Positions 29,326 through 41,420 of a stretch of DNA of 64,000 bases are shown in pieces. The notes beneath the pieces are model-generated. The model saw only the letters and a program-made list of their open reading frames with translations. It did no database searches and was not told where the DNA came from. Location of the stretch: positions 30,256,001 to 30,320,000 of the forward strand of contig NC_043000.1 of the NCBI RefSeq assembly GCF_006345805.1, given 5' to 3'. This stretch comes from Octopus sinensis (taxonomy: Eukaryota). Made by a program: the position numbers and the translations under genes. Within the stretch, counting starts at the first letter, position 1, and every line of letters begins with the position of its first letter.

Positions 29326-29862
29326 CTGGTGTCGTGGAAACTGATGCCCTTGCCTAATAAAGGAATCCTGGGGGTTCTTCTATTTGCGGTATTTTGCTGT
29401 ATGTGATTCTGTCCCCCGTTGACATGTCTGTTGAAGAGGTTTTGGTTGTTGTGATTCTGTCCCCCGTTGCTATGTTGTCTGTTGAGGAGGTTTTGGTTGT
29501 TCCAGGGTTGGGTTGTTGGTGTGGCCTCCTGGAAGAGTTTTGGTTATTCCAGGGTTTGGGTTGTTTGTCCTGGGTGTAATGTTGGTTCCTTAGAGTGGGT
29601 TGGAAACTATTCATGGTTTAGAAGTGAATCCCTATATGTTGGGGGAGAACTCTGAGTTAGGAGCGGTTTGGGTTGGAATCTACAATCATAGTTCAGAGAT
29701 GGGTTTCTAAGTGATGGGTAGGATCTCCGAATCTGGAACGGTTCTTGTGTGGGTTGGGGTCTATGTTGTCTGGTAAAGTTTTGTCGTGTGATGATGGGTG
29801 TCTCGGTTCTTTTGATGGGATTGTAGTGCTGTCTGTAAGTTCTGTTGTTGTTGTTGTCGATG

Positions 29863-30720
29863 TTAGGGGTGGTGGTGTGTGTTCGGTGTTTTGTGGTTGG
29901 TTTTCTTTGTTTTTGGCGAGGGGTGTGTTGAAGTAGATATTTTAAAATATGGGTTGCTTGAAAGGTGTTCCTTTGTGAACTCTGTTTCATAATTAGGGAA
30001 CCAGCTGTTTTTTTCCATTCGCTGGAGGGATGTTATTTCTTCATCCTCGCAGTTTTTTCTCCAGAGTTTGGTGGTTTCATCAAGGAGTGCTCCTTCACAG
30101 TGTTTTGAGATTTCAATCTGCATTTCATTGTCAAGGGTCTTGGATTTTTCTTCACTGGCGTTGGCTCTGAGCCGCAAGGGTTCTACTTCCGTTTTGAATT
30201 TTTCAAAAGCTAGTTTCTCCTGAGTTTTTTTTTGGTTTTCTGGTTCATTTTGGATGGGTTTTATTTGTAGTTTTCTGGGTAGGATGATAGGGGTGGAGTT
30301 GAGCCACTTTTCATAAATGTCAGCTTTGTTGTTATTTTTTATGAAATTCCAGAAGGCAAACTTACGCGCTTTGAGATTTTTACTCCAGGTGTTGTTAAGA
30401 GAGCTTTTAATTGAGAAGCAGTCTTTAGTTTGCTCCTGCTTTGGGAGCACTGCCGTCTCTATGGATTTCATTAGGTTTTGCAGTGTTGGGATGATGTCAG
30501 GGATTTGATTGGTTGTTTTGGCCTCCATGAGTCCATTTAGGTATAAGTGCGATTGTTCGACTTTGTTTATTATGGTTGAAAGTTTCGAGGAGATTTCTTG
30601 TAATTCTTTTAGGATATTTTGGTTCATTAAAGATTCTGCTTGTTGTGATTTGGGTGGCATTTTCGGGACTCGTGTGATGTTTATATATATATAAAAAAGT
30701 TGCGTTGTGGGGTATCGCAC
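29863..30720 (-). CDS. PLE-internal upstream ORF (285 aa), charged and probably helical, function unknown
   Basis: Long complex ORF directly downstream of the 5' pLTR on the same strand as the RT; likely start MPPKSQ. Confidence 0.6.
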   Translation of the reverse strand: MRYPTTQLFYIYINITRVPKMPPKSQQAESLMNQNILKELQEISSKLSTIINKVEQSHLYLNGLMEAKTTNQIPDIIPTLQNLMKSIETAVLPKQEQTKDCFSIKSSLNNTWSKNLKARKFAFWNFIKNNNKADIYEKWLNSTPIILPRKLQIKPIQNEPENQKKTQEKLAFEKFKTEVEPLRLRANASEEKSKTLDNEMQIEISKHCEGALLDETTKLWRKNCEDEEITSLQRMEKNSWFPNYETEFTKEHLSSNPYFKISTSTHPSPKTKKTNHKTPNTHHHP

Positions 30721-31884
30721 GAGTGGGATTATATAAGAAAAAAGGTTTCAAAATGCAATTTAAACGATGTTTATTTACTTAACCGGTTTCACTCTTTGGT
30801 AAAAGATTGTCAAAAGTTACATTTAAGGAAACATTGAATAATATGGGTTCAAAAAAAGTTTTTACATAATTGTCACATTGAATATTATGCATTCAAAAAA
30901 GTTTTTACATAATTGTCACATTGGATATTATGAATTCAAAAATGTTTTTTTATACATAATTGTCACATTACATGTATAAATATAGTGTTTGGTAACAGAG
31001 AAGTTCAATAGTGTGATGAGAATATTTGGGAAAATTTGGCAGAAAAGGATAAAACAAATATATTATTGGGAATTGGTTGCGTTAATTATTGGTTGTCGCA
31101 AATTGTCACATTACATGTATATATATACAATCTTTGGTATATATATACAGCCTTTTGACAGCAAAAATTAAAATGGATTTTTTATACATCTCAGAATATT
31201 TTAAGTACAAGGCGAGAATATGTTTTTACTGACCTGTCGGTATTAGCAGAAAGGCTGAACTGAGAGAACAGAGGAAGTAGCCAATGTGGTGTATACTTCC
31301 CCTTTATGCATGAATGATTTTGGGGTTATCAGGAGGTTAGTATGCGGGTGTGAATAGATGTGTCCGTGCCTGCTGGTCAGATAGCGTCTGTTTGTCACAC
31401 ACATATATATACACACACACACACATAGTAAACAAGTATATATATACCAAAGATTGTATATATATACATGTAATGTGACAATTTGCGACAACCAATAATT
31501 AACGCAACCAATTCCCAATAATATATTTGTTTTATCCTTTTCTGCCAATTTTTCCAAATATTCTCATCACACTATTGACCTTCTCTGTTACCAAACACTA
31601 TATTTATACATGTAATGTGACAATTATGTATAAAAAAACATTTTTGAATTCATAATATCCAATGTGACAATTATGTAAAAACTTTTTTGAATGCATAATA
31701 TTCAATGTGACAATTATGTAAAAAACTTTTTTTGAACCCATATTATTCAATGTTTCCTTAAATGTAACTTTTGACAATCTTTTACCAAAGAGTGAAACCG
31801 GTTAAGTAAATAAACATCGTTTAAATTGCATTTTGAAACCTTTTTTCTTATATAATCCCACTCGTGCGATACCCCACAACTCAA

Positions 31885-31933
<49 letters not shown>

Positions 31934-32944
31934 GTGGTGCTCCTGCATGGCCATAGTAAAATGACTGAAACAAGTAAAAGAATAAAGAATAAAAGAAATA
32001 TATGTGTGTATATATGTATATATATATATAAATATGTATATGTACATGTGTATGTGTATGTGCATGTGAATGCATGCATATATATTTGTGTACGTACGTA
32101 TGTACATAAATTGCATTTTGTTTTGAAAATTGTTGTCTAAATTAGTTATCTAAAACCAAAAGACACCATGAAATGCCCACATCAGCACAAACCTTTGTAA
32201 TATTTATCATGATATTCCACATAGTATCACACCAATTATCGTAATCTGAATTATTAGTGTTGCATTTAATGAAGCAAACCTGGTGTTGAGAGATTCATCA
32301 CCAGATATCTACCAGGAAATCATCTAAGTGCACTTTACGGATTGTTCAATGCTTGGAAATATTAGCTGTTATATCTCTATTATCTATTATAGTTGATTTA
32401 ATAAAACTAAACATGGATTACGTAAATGAATGTTCATTAGATAATCGTGCTAATTATCAAAAACAAAAGATTATTCTATATTTTCGCTGTGTGTGACATA
32501 AATAGCTGCAACATTTCACTCAAGAGTCACTATAATACGCCAGAAATCAAAAGGTACTTTGAACAATGTAATATAAAATATAAAGTTATCGACATAAGGA
32601 TGGGCATGGCTGAGGCTGTTTTGGATCGAAATTCTGCTTGGTGAAAGCAAGCGTCCAGCAACAAAACAAAATTCAGTGTCCAACTAAATTTACATTTGTG
32701 CCTATTATTTTAGTTCAAGCCAATAAAAGCATTCATAGTTTTGGTTTCAGTGATGAAGCAATTACAACATTCCATTCTGTCGTTCAGATGTTACATTACT
32801 ATATATTAATGCTAGGATGGCGAGCGGGAAGAATTGTTGGCACACCGGACAAATGCAGAACAGTATTTCGTCTGTCTTTACGTTTTTATTATCATCATCG
32901 TCGTCGTCGTCGTCGTCATCATCATCATCATCATCATTATTACT

Positions 32945-34260
32945 TATTGTCTTTGCACAGCTTCTAACGCTGGAGATGTACTACGATGTCAGCTGTTCAC
33001 TACCAGCGAACTAAGGTAACACCCTTTACTTTTCGACCATCATCCAGAGTATTCGAACTAAGGTAACATCCGGAGTATTCGAGCGGTTCCAAGCAGTGCT
33101 GGTTTCTACAAGTGCTCCATCCTTATTGCGACCCCTATTTGTTCCACGTAGTTCTCAAGATTTTTACTCACTGTTCTCAGGGCTCCGACAACTATTGGTA
33201 CTGCTGCTACCTTTTCACTGGCAACTGCTTAACCTCCCAAGCTAACCTTTCTTTCTTCCTTAACGCATACCTTGTTGTCAGCTGGGCATGCTATATCTAT
33301 GATCCGGCATCGTTGGCGTCCTTTCTTATTTAACACTATGTCTGGTTTCGTATTCTCTATCTCATGATCGCAATGAATCATAAAATCTCATAGGATCTTT
33401 GCATTTCTATTTTCGATGATGCATTCTGGTTTATGTTCGTACCACGTTTTTGCTCTGTCAAGTCCAATGGACAATCTTTGTTATGTTGTCATGACGTCTC
33501 TTATATTCTTTCTGGACTAATGGCGTACATTGACAGGTAATATGCCATACCGTTTCACTATTTGTCCATAAATTCTGCACTTATCACTTTCTGATGTATT
33601 GTCTTTTCTGTATTTGATGTAATTGATTCTTAATGCTAGCTCTTGAGCAGCACAGATTCGAGCATCCGTTTCTGGTTTTAAATCACTTTTAGTCATCCAT
33701 AGCCATCTTTTTTCTCTGTCTGTCTTATCTTCCTCTCTGTCCATCTCTCTCTTCAGCTTTCCTTTCTACAGCCATAACCATGTCTCACTAGTACTATTTG
33801 CTGCAGCTATTTTGGGGAATCTACCACGCCTTCTCCTATCACTCAGATAATTTCTGTTCTTTTTTCTGGCTTTTAACTTCGTTTGGGTTTTTGCTTTCCC
33901 TTTTCCTTGATGTGACTCTAGCAGCTTTTGATAAACTTTCTTCAGTATTACTTACGTAGAGATCTATATCTACTCTATCTAATTACACGCAGTCTTCTAC
34001 TAATATTAACCCTCTTCGGCTTTCCTTTCTAGATAAGTATAATCTTGCTACTGTTGCCCTTGGGTGGAGTCCTCCATTCATATTGAAGTATTTCCTAGTT
34101 TTTCTGTCTTTCTTTGCTAGTTGAGTTTTTGTCCAATCTATAAAAGCTGCTGAGTACCTAAATAATAATATTGCCCAAGAATTTACAGCCTTCACTAGCC
34201 TTCGACTTAGCCTTCCATCCTCCTTTCGAGGGCGATAAAATGAGATAAGTACCAAGAACT
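32945..34260 (-). mobile_element. R4/Dong-like non-LTR retrotransposon 3' fragment
   Basis: DRKTRKYFNMNGGLHPRATVARLYLSRKESRRGL, LKPETDARICAAQELALR, IIDIACPADN; ends in (TGA/TAA)n. Confidence 0.85.
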
Positions 34261-35447
34261 GGGATTGAGGTAATCAACTGAAACCCTACCCCGATATTGC
34301 TGGTCTTCGACCAAACTTTCAGACCAATATTCATATTCCTTGAACACCGAATGAAATGTTTAATATAATTTTCTATTTTTCTTCATGTACAAATTCCTTT
34401 AATTGCATTCATATATACAAGTTCAGCATTTTTAGAGTATAACTCGATATGCTAATGTTCAGAATAAAGTCACATTATCCCGTTCCATTCCGAAAGAATG
34501 ATGATACTTAATATATTTGCCAAAAATGTATTCGTCTGATACATTAAAGTTTGAGCTAATATAGTTTATTGAATATATGTTTTATTAATATTGTTATAAA
34601 CAGCCTGCACATACACGGGTAGTTGATGTGTGGAAAATACGTATTACTATACTTATTCAATGGTTAAGTATATTTGGCAGAGTTTTAGGTGGAATACAAA
34701 CGACTTACAACAGTTACGACGGCCAGTATAATGGCTGTTTTATCGCGTGTCACTTTTACTTCTCATACAAAGGACGCTATGATGCTAGGAAATAATTTAT
34801 GGTCTTGCAACAATTCAGCTTTGTACATAGACATGCAAAACATATGTATGGAAGCGAGTGAAGGAAAATAAGGAATATAAGTTAGACTAATGCAATTATT
34901 TCCAAGAACTTACAAAGAAATATAGTTAACAATAGCTTCTATGGAAGAGGTAGCTTCGTATACATCCCAAGATAGTTTCTAAGAAACGATTCACATTGTT
35001 ACTAACTTTCATACAAATGATTTACTGGGACATTTTTACAATACTTGATATATATATATTACTTAATTTTCACTGTTAATGGCCGCCAAAATCATTGAGG
35101 TTATCTATACGCGTCAGCCATTTATTTATATAACATTCTGCATGTTTAGTTATTGACGAGGTTTTAGTTTATTCATCGGTTTATATTGTTTGCCTGTTGT
35201 TGAGTGTTAGACCGGCTGAATCAGTGAAGTGGCAGAAAAAACTACTTCGAAGTGCTTGAAATGTGAGTTCAAATCCCGTCTACGTCAGCATTTCTCTTCC
35301 TTCTTCACAGCTTGATAAAATAAAGTACTAGTAAATCTGCCAATCTAGTACTTGAGTACAATAAATTATTTCCTGATCAAATTTGTATCCATCGGCAAAA
35401 TCAAAAAAAGGCAAAGGAAATGAGATCATTGTCAGGGCCATCGTTTT

Positions 35448-35485
<38 letters not shown>

Positions 35486-35489
35486 GACG

Positions 35490-35790
35490 GACTCGCGGTC
35501 ATAGGATCGCGGTTTCGATTCCCGAACAGGGCGTTCTGAGTGTTTATTGAACGAAAACACTTAAACCTCCACGAGGATTCAGCAGTGGATGGTGGCGAAC
35601 CCTGCTGTACTCTTTCACCACAACTTTCTCACACTCTTTCTTCCTGTTTCAAAGGGCCAGCCTTGTCACACTTTGTGTCATGCTGAATCTCCCCGAGATC
35701 TACGTTAATGGTACACATGCCTGTGGAGTTAATTGCAAGTTAATTTAACAAGTAGGCTGTTCCGTTGATTGGTTCAACTAGAACTCTCCT
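35490..35790 (+). mobile_element. SINE family B copy
   Basis: ggtttcgattcc B box; aagggccagccttgtcacact..tgctgaatctcccc. Confidence 0.7.
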
Positions 35791-35929
35791 CTACATCACC
35801 GAAAGAGTGCCGTAGTAATATATACATGATCAAATGACACTCTTCTTTTACAACAATCAGACAAAGTAATAGTATCCGTAGTATTTCGGGAAGATAATAA
35901 CACCAATAATTATCACACGCACTGGTTAC

Positions 35930-36135
35930 AAAAACACGAAGAAGAAACACAACGACGTGGTACATACAAAGAATTAGCAGACGCTAAGGGAATTAAAGGA
36001 AGGTGGATTTACGTTTCGAACAAAGTTCTTCTACCGAAAGAGGAGACAGAGGAAAGTCCAAGAGAAAAGGAAGACGGAGGAAAAAGAAATTCGCCAACGA
36101 TTCGCATGTGGTTACATTTTGAAATGACCAGTAGG
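35930..36135 (-). mobile_element. PLE-terminal repeat family D with a decayed HHR motif
   Basis: Homologous to 57455-57850 and 60478-60655; reverse complement contains ..gttcGAAAcgtaaatcc. Confidence 0.6.
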
Positions 36136-36424
36136 AAATGTATGGAGAAAAAGTTCTTTCTAAGACAGGAGAGTGTAAGAGAAGGAGGTACTGTATGTAT
36201 GTTTGAGTATGTGCGTGCTCGCAACTCTGTGTGTGTATGTGTGTGTGTGTGTGTGGATGTGGATGTGTGTGTGTGTTGTGTATGTGGTGTTTTTTGGTGT
36301 TGGCTGTTTATATGTATGTATATATATATAAAGGCAAAGATGCTTGCCAGAGGTGAATATAAAAAATTTAATCTTGTCTGTAGGAAGAACATTAAATAAA
36401 TTTACAACCCGGATGTGGATAACT

Positions 36425-36730
36425 TTTATGGTTGAGATATTCGGCTCATGATCGTATGGTCATGAGTTCAATTCCCGAGAACGCGTTGTGTCCTTGAGCG
36501 AGACACTTTATTTTAACGTTGCTCCAGACCACTCAGCTGGCTAAAATGAGTAGTCCCTGTATTACAAAGGGCCAGCCTTGTAAAACTCTGTGTCTTGCTG
36601 AATCTCCCTGAGGACTATGTTAAATGTACACGTGTCTGTGGAATGCTCAACCTCTTGCCCGTTAATTTCACGTGCACGCTTTTCCGTCGATCGTATCAGC
36701 TGGGACCCTCGTCGAAGTAACCGATAGTGT
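36425..36730 (+). mobile_element. SINE family B copy
   Basis: gagttcaattcc, gcgttgtgtccttgagcgagacactttatt. Confidence 0.8.
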
Positions 36731-36761
36731 GTTCCTATATATATATATTCTTACTAGCAAA

Positions 36762-36800
36762 TGCACCCGTCCTTTGGGCGGTGTAATTATTATAACGGTG
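36762..36800 (-). mobile_element. Helitron-type 3' terminus
   Basis: Reverse complement reads cgccc-aaaggac-gggtg hairpin followed by ctag|t; 5' end not located. Confidence 0.45.
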
Positions 36801-37328
36801 CACTCCTGTGAACGGTTTAAGCTGAATTAACCCGTAGTTAGATGTCTTTTCGAGTTGATAAGCGTAAAATGTATAATTACCACTTTCGTTATCAGTTTAT
36901 GATATAGTATTAAGAAACTTACGTAATAAATAAATTTCTTAAAATACAAATTTAGTAGTTAGTAATAAATAAAAGTCCATGAAATGGGATCACAATTAAT
37001 TACAGTATGAATTAGGGCCCCTATGTCTTACTTGAAGCGTTTTACATCACGTACTTTTTTTTGTGCTTTGTTAATTGTCATCGAACTAGGGGCAGTCTTT
37101 TGGGTTTAGCGGAATTTTAAGAAAGTCTCGTTTCTCAGTTTTCTTCGCTGTTCGAAAAACGTTCATTTCTATGTTTTTGTTTTTATGTTTTCGTTTCTCA
37201 TATTGTTCAACATTTTTTTGATGTCCTGTACCCATATATGCATATATATATACATATATATGTAGGTAAGAACAAATATGTATGTATATATGCATATATT
37301 TATATATTATTTATATCATATATATATA

Positions 37329-37380
<52 letters not shown>

Positions 37381-38099
37381 TAGAGATCCCCTTTGTTAAC
37401 AGATCGCGTCGGTACGTGTATGTTCAGCGACCTAAGTTACGGACGGTCAGGAATGTGATGTCGTCTGCTTTCCGGCAGAGAACAGAAGCACTGCATTCAA
37501 AATCTTCGGATGGTGTTAAAAATATTTTCTGTCTTCTCTCTTTCTCGCACACATGCACACATGCATTTTCGTGTGTATGTGTATGTGCCTGTGTGTGTGT
37601 GTATGTTTGTGTGTGTGTTTATGTGTATGTTTGTGTGTGTATGTGTATGTATATATGTGTGTGTGCGTGTGCGTGTTTGTGAAACAATCCTTACGCGATT
37701 CTTCCTTCTTTGAATAGTTGACCTTGTGATCTTCAAAAGTGTCTTAATATTATATCCGTTGCGACAAATCTATTTTTAAGATCGAACACCAGTTTGCTTG
37801 GGGTTACTCTCTCCTTAAATGTGCAAGTGACATATACGACAAAAAGAGAGAAAAAAATCTTGATTGCAGAATATTCCAAAGACCTTCTATACAGTTCTAT
37901 GAAATAACATTTGTGGATAAATTGTCTACATACAAATATGTTTTGGAAGATAGTCTGTATAGATATATTCTTTGGAAACTTATGAATAAAGACTTAGAGG
38001 CAGAAACTAGTTTTGGATATCGAGAATACGACAATTCAGTTGGCATTAAAGGGAAATATTCAGTAAAATTTTGTTTCGTGTAATAGGGAGTTTTCAAAA

Positions 38100-38715
38100 C
38101 GTCCGGCTGTTTTCATATTAACTGAAGGCCAAGAGTCCGAATGTGACTTTCAGGTATCCCCCACTAGAAAAAAATCCAGGTTAGTCAAGCCTGGGGAACG
38201 TGAAGGCCATTTAAATTTGACTTCACACGTGTTTCCAGCGAGATGGGGCAACTGCTCATGCTGCAAGAGAAACAATGCAGTTTCTAGGGCAGTGCTATGG
38301 AGAGAAAATAATCTCCCGCTACGGCAACGTCAACTGGTCTTCACGTTGCTCAGATTAGACCAACCCGGATATTTTCTTACGGGAAAACCTGAATGAGAGC
38401 TTTTACGCTAATAAACCGGAGATCCTGGTTCAACTGAAGGAGAACATCAACAGAGAAGTCAGAGAAGTGAGGTCTGAAACTCTTGAGGTTGTTATGGTGC
38501 AAGTTTTTGAAAACCAAAAAACGTGTGAAGACAAAAATGGCTGCCATTTAAGCGATGTCTAATTTCAAATATAATGTAGTGGTGTTGCAAAATGTGACTT
38601 CTGCATATTAATTACCATTATGTCCTTCATATTATATCAACGGTTCATGCATGTATTTGTACTGTTAAGGAAGCTAACAAAAACTGAAACCCACAGTGAC
38701 TTTTGGGATACCCTG
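38100..38715 (+). mobile_element. Tc1/mariner-superfamily (DD37D-like) 3' half with terminal repeat
   Basis: FQRDGATAHAARETM..NKPEILVQLKENI; ends ttttgggataccctg followed by TA. Confidence 0.7.
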
Positions 38716-38910
38716 TATATATATATATATATAGAAGACAAAAAAGAGTGAAAAACTACAGAAGGCTTGCGATATTTGGTTAAAGAATATATTTAAATCG
38801 TTTTGTTAGAAAAATGTTATAAAATTTGCGTTATAGTAACATAGTTTTGGGAGAAATGAAAATATGGAACGCTTCATTAATTTGCGTGTCATCCTTGCGC
38901 CGGGGGCATT

Positions 38911-39017
38911 GTACTAGCTACGGCGGTACATATTCTAAAACTGGAACGATACAGAGAAGATTAGCATGGCCCATACGCGAGGATGACACGCAAATTCGTG
39001 AAGCGTTCCATATTTTT
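38911..39017 (+). ncRNA. U6: U6 snRNA copy, probable pseudogene
   Basis: gtactagctacggcggtacata..ACAGAGAAGATTAGCATGGCCC..GGATGACACGCAAATTCGTGAAGCGTTCCATATTTTT; the upstream promoter is replaced by an inverted partial copy. Confidence 0.9.
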
Positions 39018-39241
39018 ATTTCTCCAACAACTATGTTACTATACGCAAATTATAATATTTTTCTAACATAAGGATTTAAATATATTCTTTAACCATATAA
39101 CACAAGACTTCTGTAGTTTTTTCACTCTTTTTTCTCTTTCATACATCCAACGAGGTGCTTTCACATACCAACTCTCTTACCTAATAAGCAGACAGCTTTT
39201 TTCTTATTTTTATAAGAATGCCATATTAGTATGGCGATAAC

Positions 39242-39321
<80 letters not shown>

Positions 39322-40046
39322 CAGAGTTAGCACATGAATGTGAAACAAGGTGGGAAAAAACGTAACTGGAATACTGGAGCTGCAAAACCACCCCAAACTT
39401 CTACTCAGAATCTCACGTTCATGTTCGTTAGGCAGTTGTGATCAGGAATGGAATAAAAAAAATGTGATTGTACGTATAATGTATATTTGGTTATGATTCA
39501 AATTGGCATTTTCACATTTGAATTTGATTGGTTGATTCCACTAATGATGTTTCAGAAGCATGCAAGTTGAAACAGTAAATATACAAATAGAAAAGGAATA
39601 TAAAATAAAAATGAAAAAGATGTTACATAAATGTCGCGTTGTATAAAATCGAAGAAAGCCTTGAGTCGGATAAAAAGCTTGAGTCAGAAAGAATTCATGA
39701 AGATTAAAATAATTAATGGGAAATAAACATATAATTATTTAAAATATAATAATAACATAATACATACATACACACACATATAAATAATTGTATATATATA
39801 TTGAAATTAATCAAAAGATATACTAAGTGTGTCTACCTGCTGGAAATAACAGCTAAAAGTCAGATTTAATTTGCCAAAATAGCATGTTCTTTGATTAATT
39901 TTAATCCTTCAGCTATTTAATGCTTCTTTGGGCCCTGCAATCGCCTATATTATTGCTTCTGTTATTATCATTTTTAAATTGCCACATTAGATACTAACAG
40001 AGTCAAGGATATCTTCAGAAATAATTTTTTGTGAATGAATTGCTCC

Positions 40047-40110
<64 letters not shown>

Positions 40111-40335
40111 GAAATATTAAAATTACTAAGTCTCTCTAAAAGAGAACACGGCAGCGTTCCCGGAAAATAATAGTTATCGCCATACTAATATGGCATTCTT
40201 ATAAAAATAAGAATAAAGCTGACCGCTTATTAGCTCCATGAGGCCATCGCCTTAAGTTAGCTATCTGATACACAAACTGTATCCATATAACCTTCGAACA
40301 AGGGAGGTCAGTCGCTCCACACTACTTGACCGACA

Positions 40336-40377
40336 GCTACAGACGCGTTTCGGGGTATTGCCCCTTTTCAATGTAGC
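40336..40377 (-). ncRNA. Minimal type I hammerhead ribozyme, U3-A8 core variant
   Basis: Exact reverse complement of 40773-40814. Confidence 0.75.
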
Positions 40378-40772
40378 GTAGTCAGACCAGTAGGTGTCGC
40401 TTCTGACAATCTCTGTTCGAAGGTTTTATTTACCCCGAAACGCGTATGTAGCTGTCGGTCAAGTAGTGTGGAGCGACTGACCTCCCTTGTTCGAAGGTTA
40501 TATGGATACAGTTTGTGTATCAAATAGCTAACTTAAGGCGATTGCCTCATGGAGCTAATAAGCGGTCAGCTTTATTCTTATTTTTATAAGAATGCCATAT
40601 TAGTATGGCGATAACTATTATTTTCCGGGAACGCTGCCGTGTTCTCTTTTAGAGAGACTTAGTAATTTTAATATTTCTATTATTGAAAACAAGTGGATGT
40701 ATTCCACCGAAACTAGGTAAATAAAACCTTCGAACAGAGATTGTCAGAAGCGACACCTACTGGTCTGACTAC

Positions 40773-40814
40773 GCTACATTGAAAAGGGGCAATACCCCGA
40801 AACGCGTCTGTAGC
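40773..40814 (+). ncRNA. Minimal type I hammerhead ribozyme, U3-A8 core variant
   Basis: gctaca-TTGAAAA-gggg-caata-cccc-GAAA-cgcg-TC-tgtagc; predicted GUC cleavage after 40808. Confidence 0.75.
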
Positions 40815-41009
40815 TGTCGGTCAAGTAGTGTGGGGCGACTGACCTCCCTTGTTCGAAGGTTATATGGATACAGTTTGTGTATCAAATAGCTAACTTAAGG
40901 CGATGGCCTCATGGAGCTAATAAGCGGTCAGCTTTATTCTTATTTTTATAAGAATGCCATATTAGTATGGCGATAACTATTATATATATATATATATATA
41001 TATACACGA

Positions 41010-41156
41010 TGTTTTGTTTCAGTATACGTCTACCAAACCAATTCGCCATGCATTAGTCGGCCCGAGGCTATAGTAGAAAACACTTGACCAAGGTGCTACT
41101 TTGTGCGACTGAATTCAGAACCATATTGTTGAGAAGCAAGCTTCTCACACAGCCAT
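41010..41156 (-). mobile_element. SINE family A 5' fragment
   Basis: gtcggcccgaggctatagtagaaaacacttgaccaaggtg. Confidence 0.75.
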
Positions 41157-41214
41157 TTAGATTATATAAGTTTGATTGTGTTTCGAACGTTGAAGAAGAA
41201 AATTGTGGTTAATA

Positions 41215-41420
41215 TTGGTTTCAAATTTTGACATAAAGCCTGCAAAATCTAGTATTGGTTTAATCTATTACATCGACCCTATTGCTTAACTAGTACTAAT
41301 TTTATAGACCCGAAAGAAGGAAATGCAAAGTGGACCTCGTCGGAATTTGATCACAGAACGTAAAGAGCCGGACGAAATGCTACAAACCGTTTTGCCTATC
41401 ATGCTAAAGAATCTGCTAGT
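41215..41420 (-). mobile_element. SINE family C fragment
   Basis: aaatgcaaagtggacctcgtcggaatttgatcacagaacgtaaagag. Confidence 0.6.

Larger units (their letters stand above)
24855..31900 (-). mobile_element. Neptune-type Penelope-like retroelement with two direct pLTRs and a 5' inverted pLTR
   Basis: pLTR copies at about 24855-25530 and 30683-31433, inverted copy at 31436-31900, with the RT/GIY-YIG ORF between them. Confidence 0.9.
40108..40981 (+). mobile_element. Retrozyme/PLE-pLTR-like element: 362-bp unit in partial tandem plus 5' inverted copy
   Basis: taccccgaaacgcg at 40431 and 40793; 40108-40430 is inverted; (TA)n on both sides. Confidence 0.85.

Noticed and set aside
32200-32800. 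Integrase-like or host exon remnant (ORF 32447-32644)
   Set aside because: No recognisable catalytic motif or splice structure.
34400-35000. GPCR-like pseudogene on the minus strand (EVKVTRDKTAIILAVVTVV)
   Set aside because: One short motif amid many stops is not enough to support a call.
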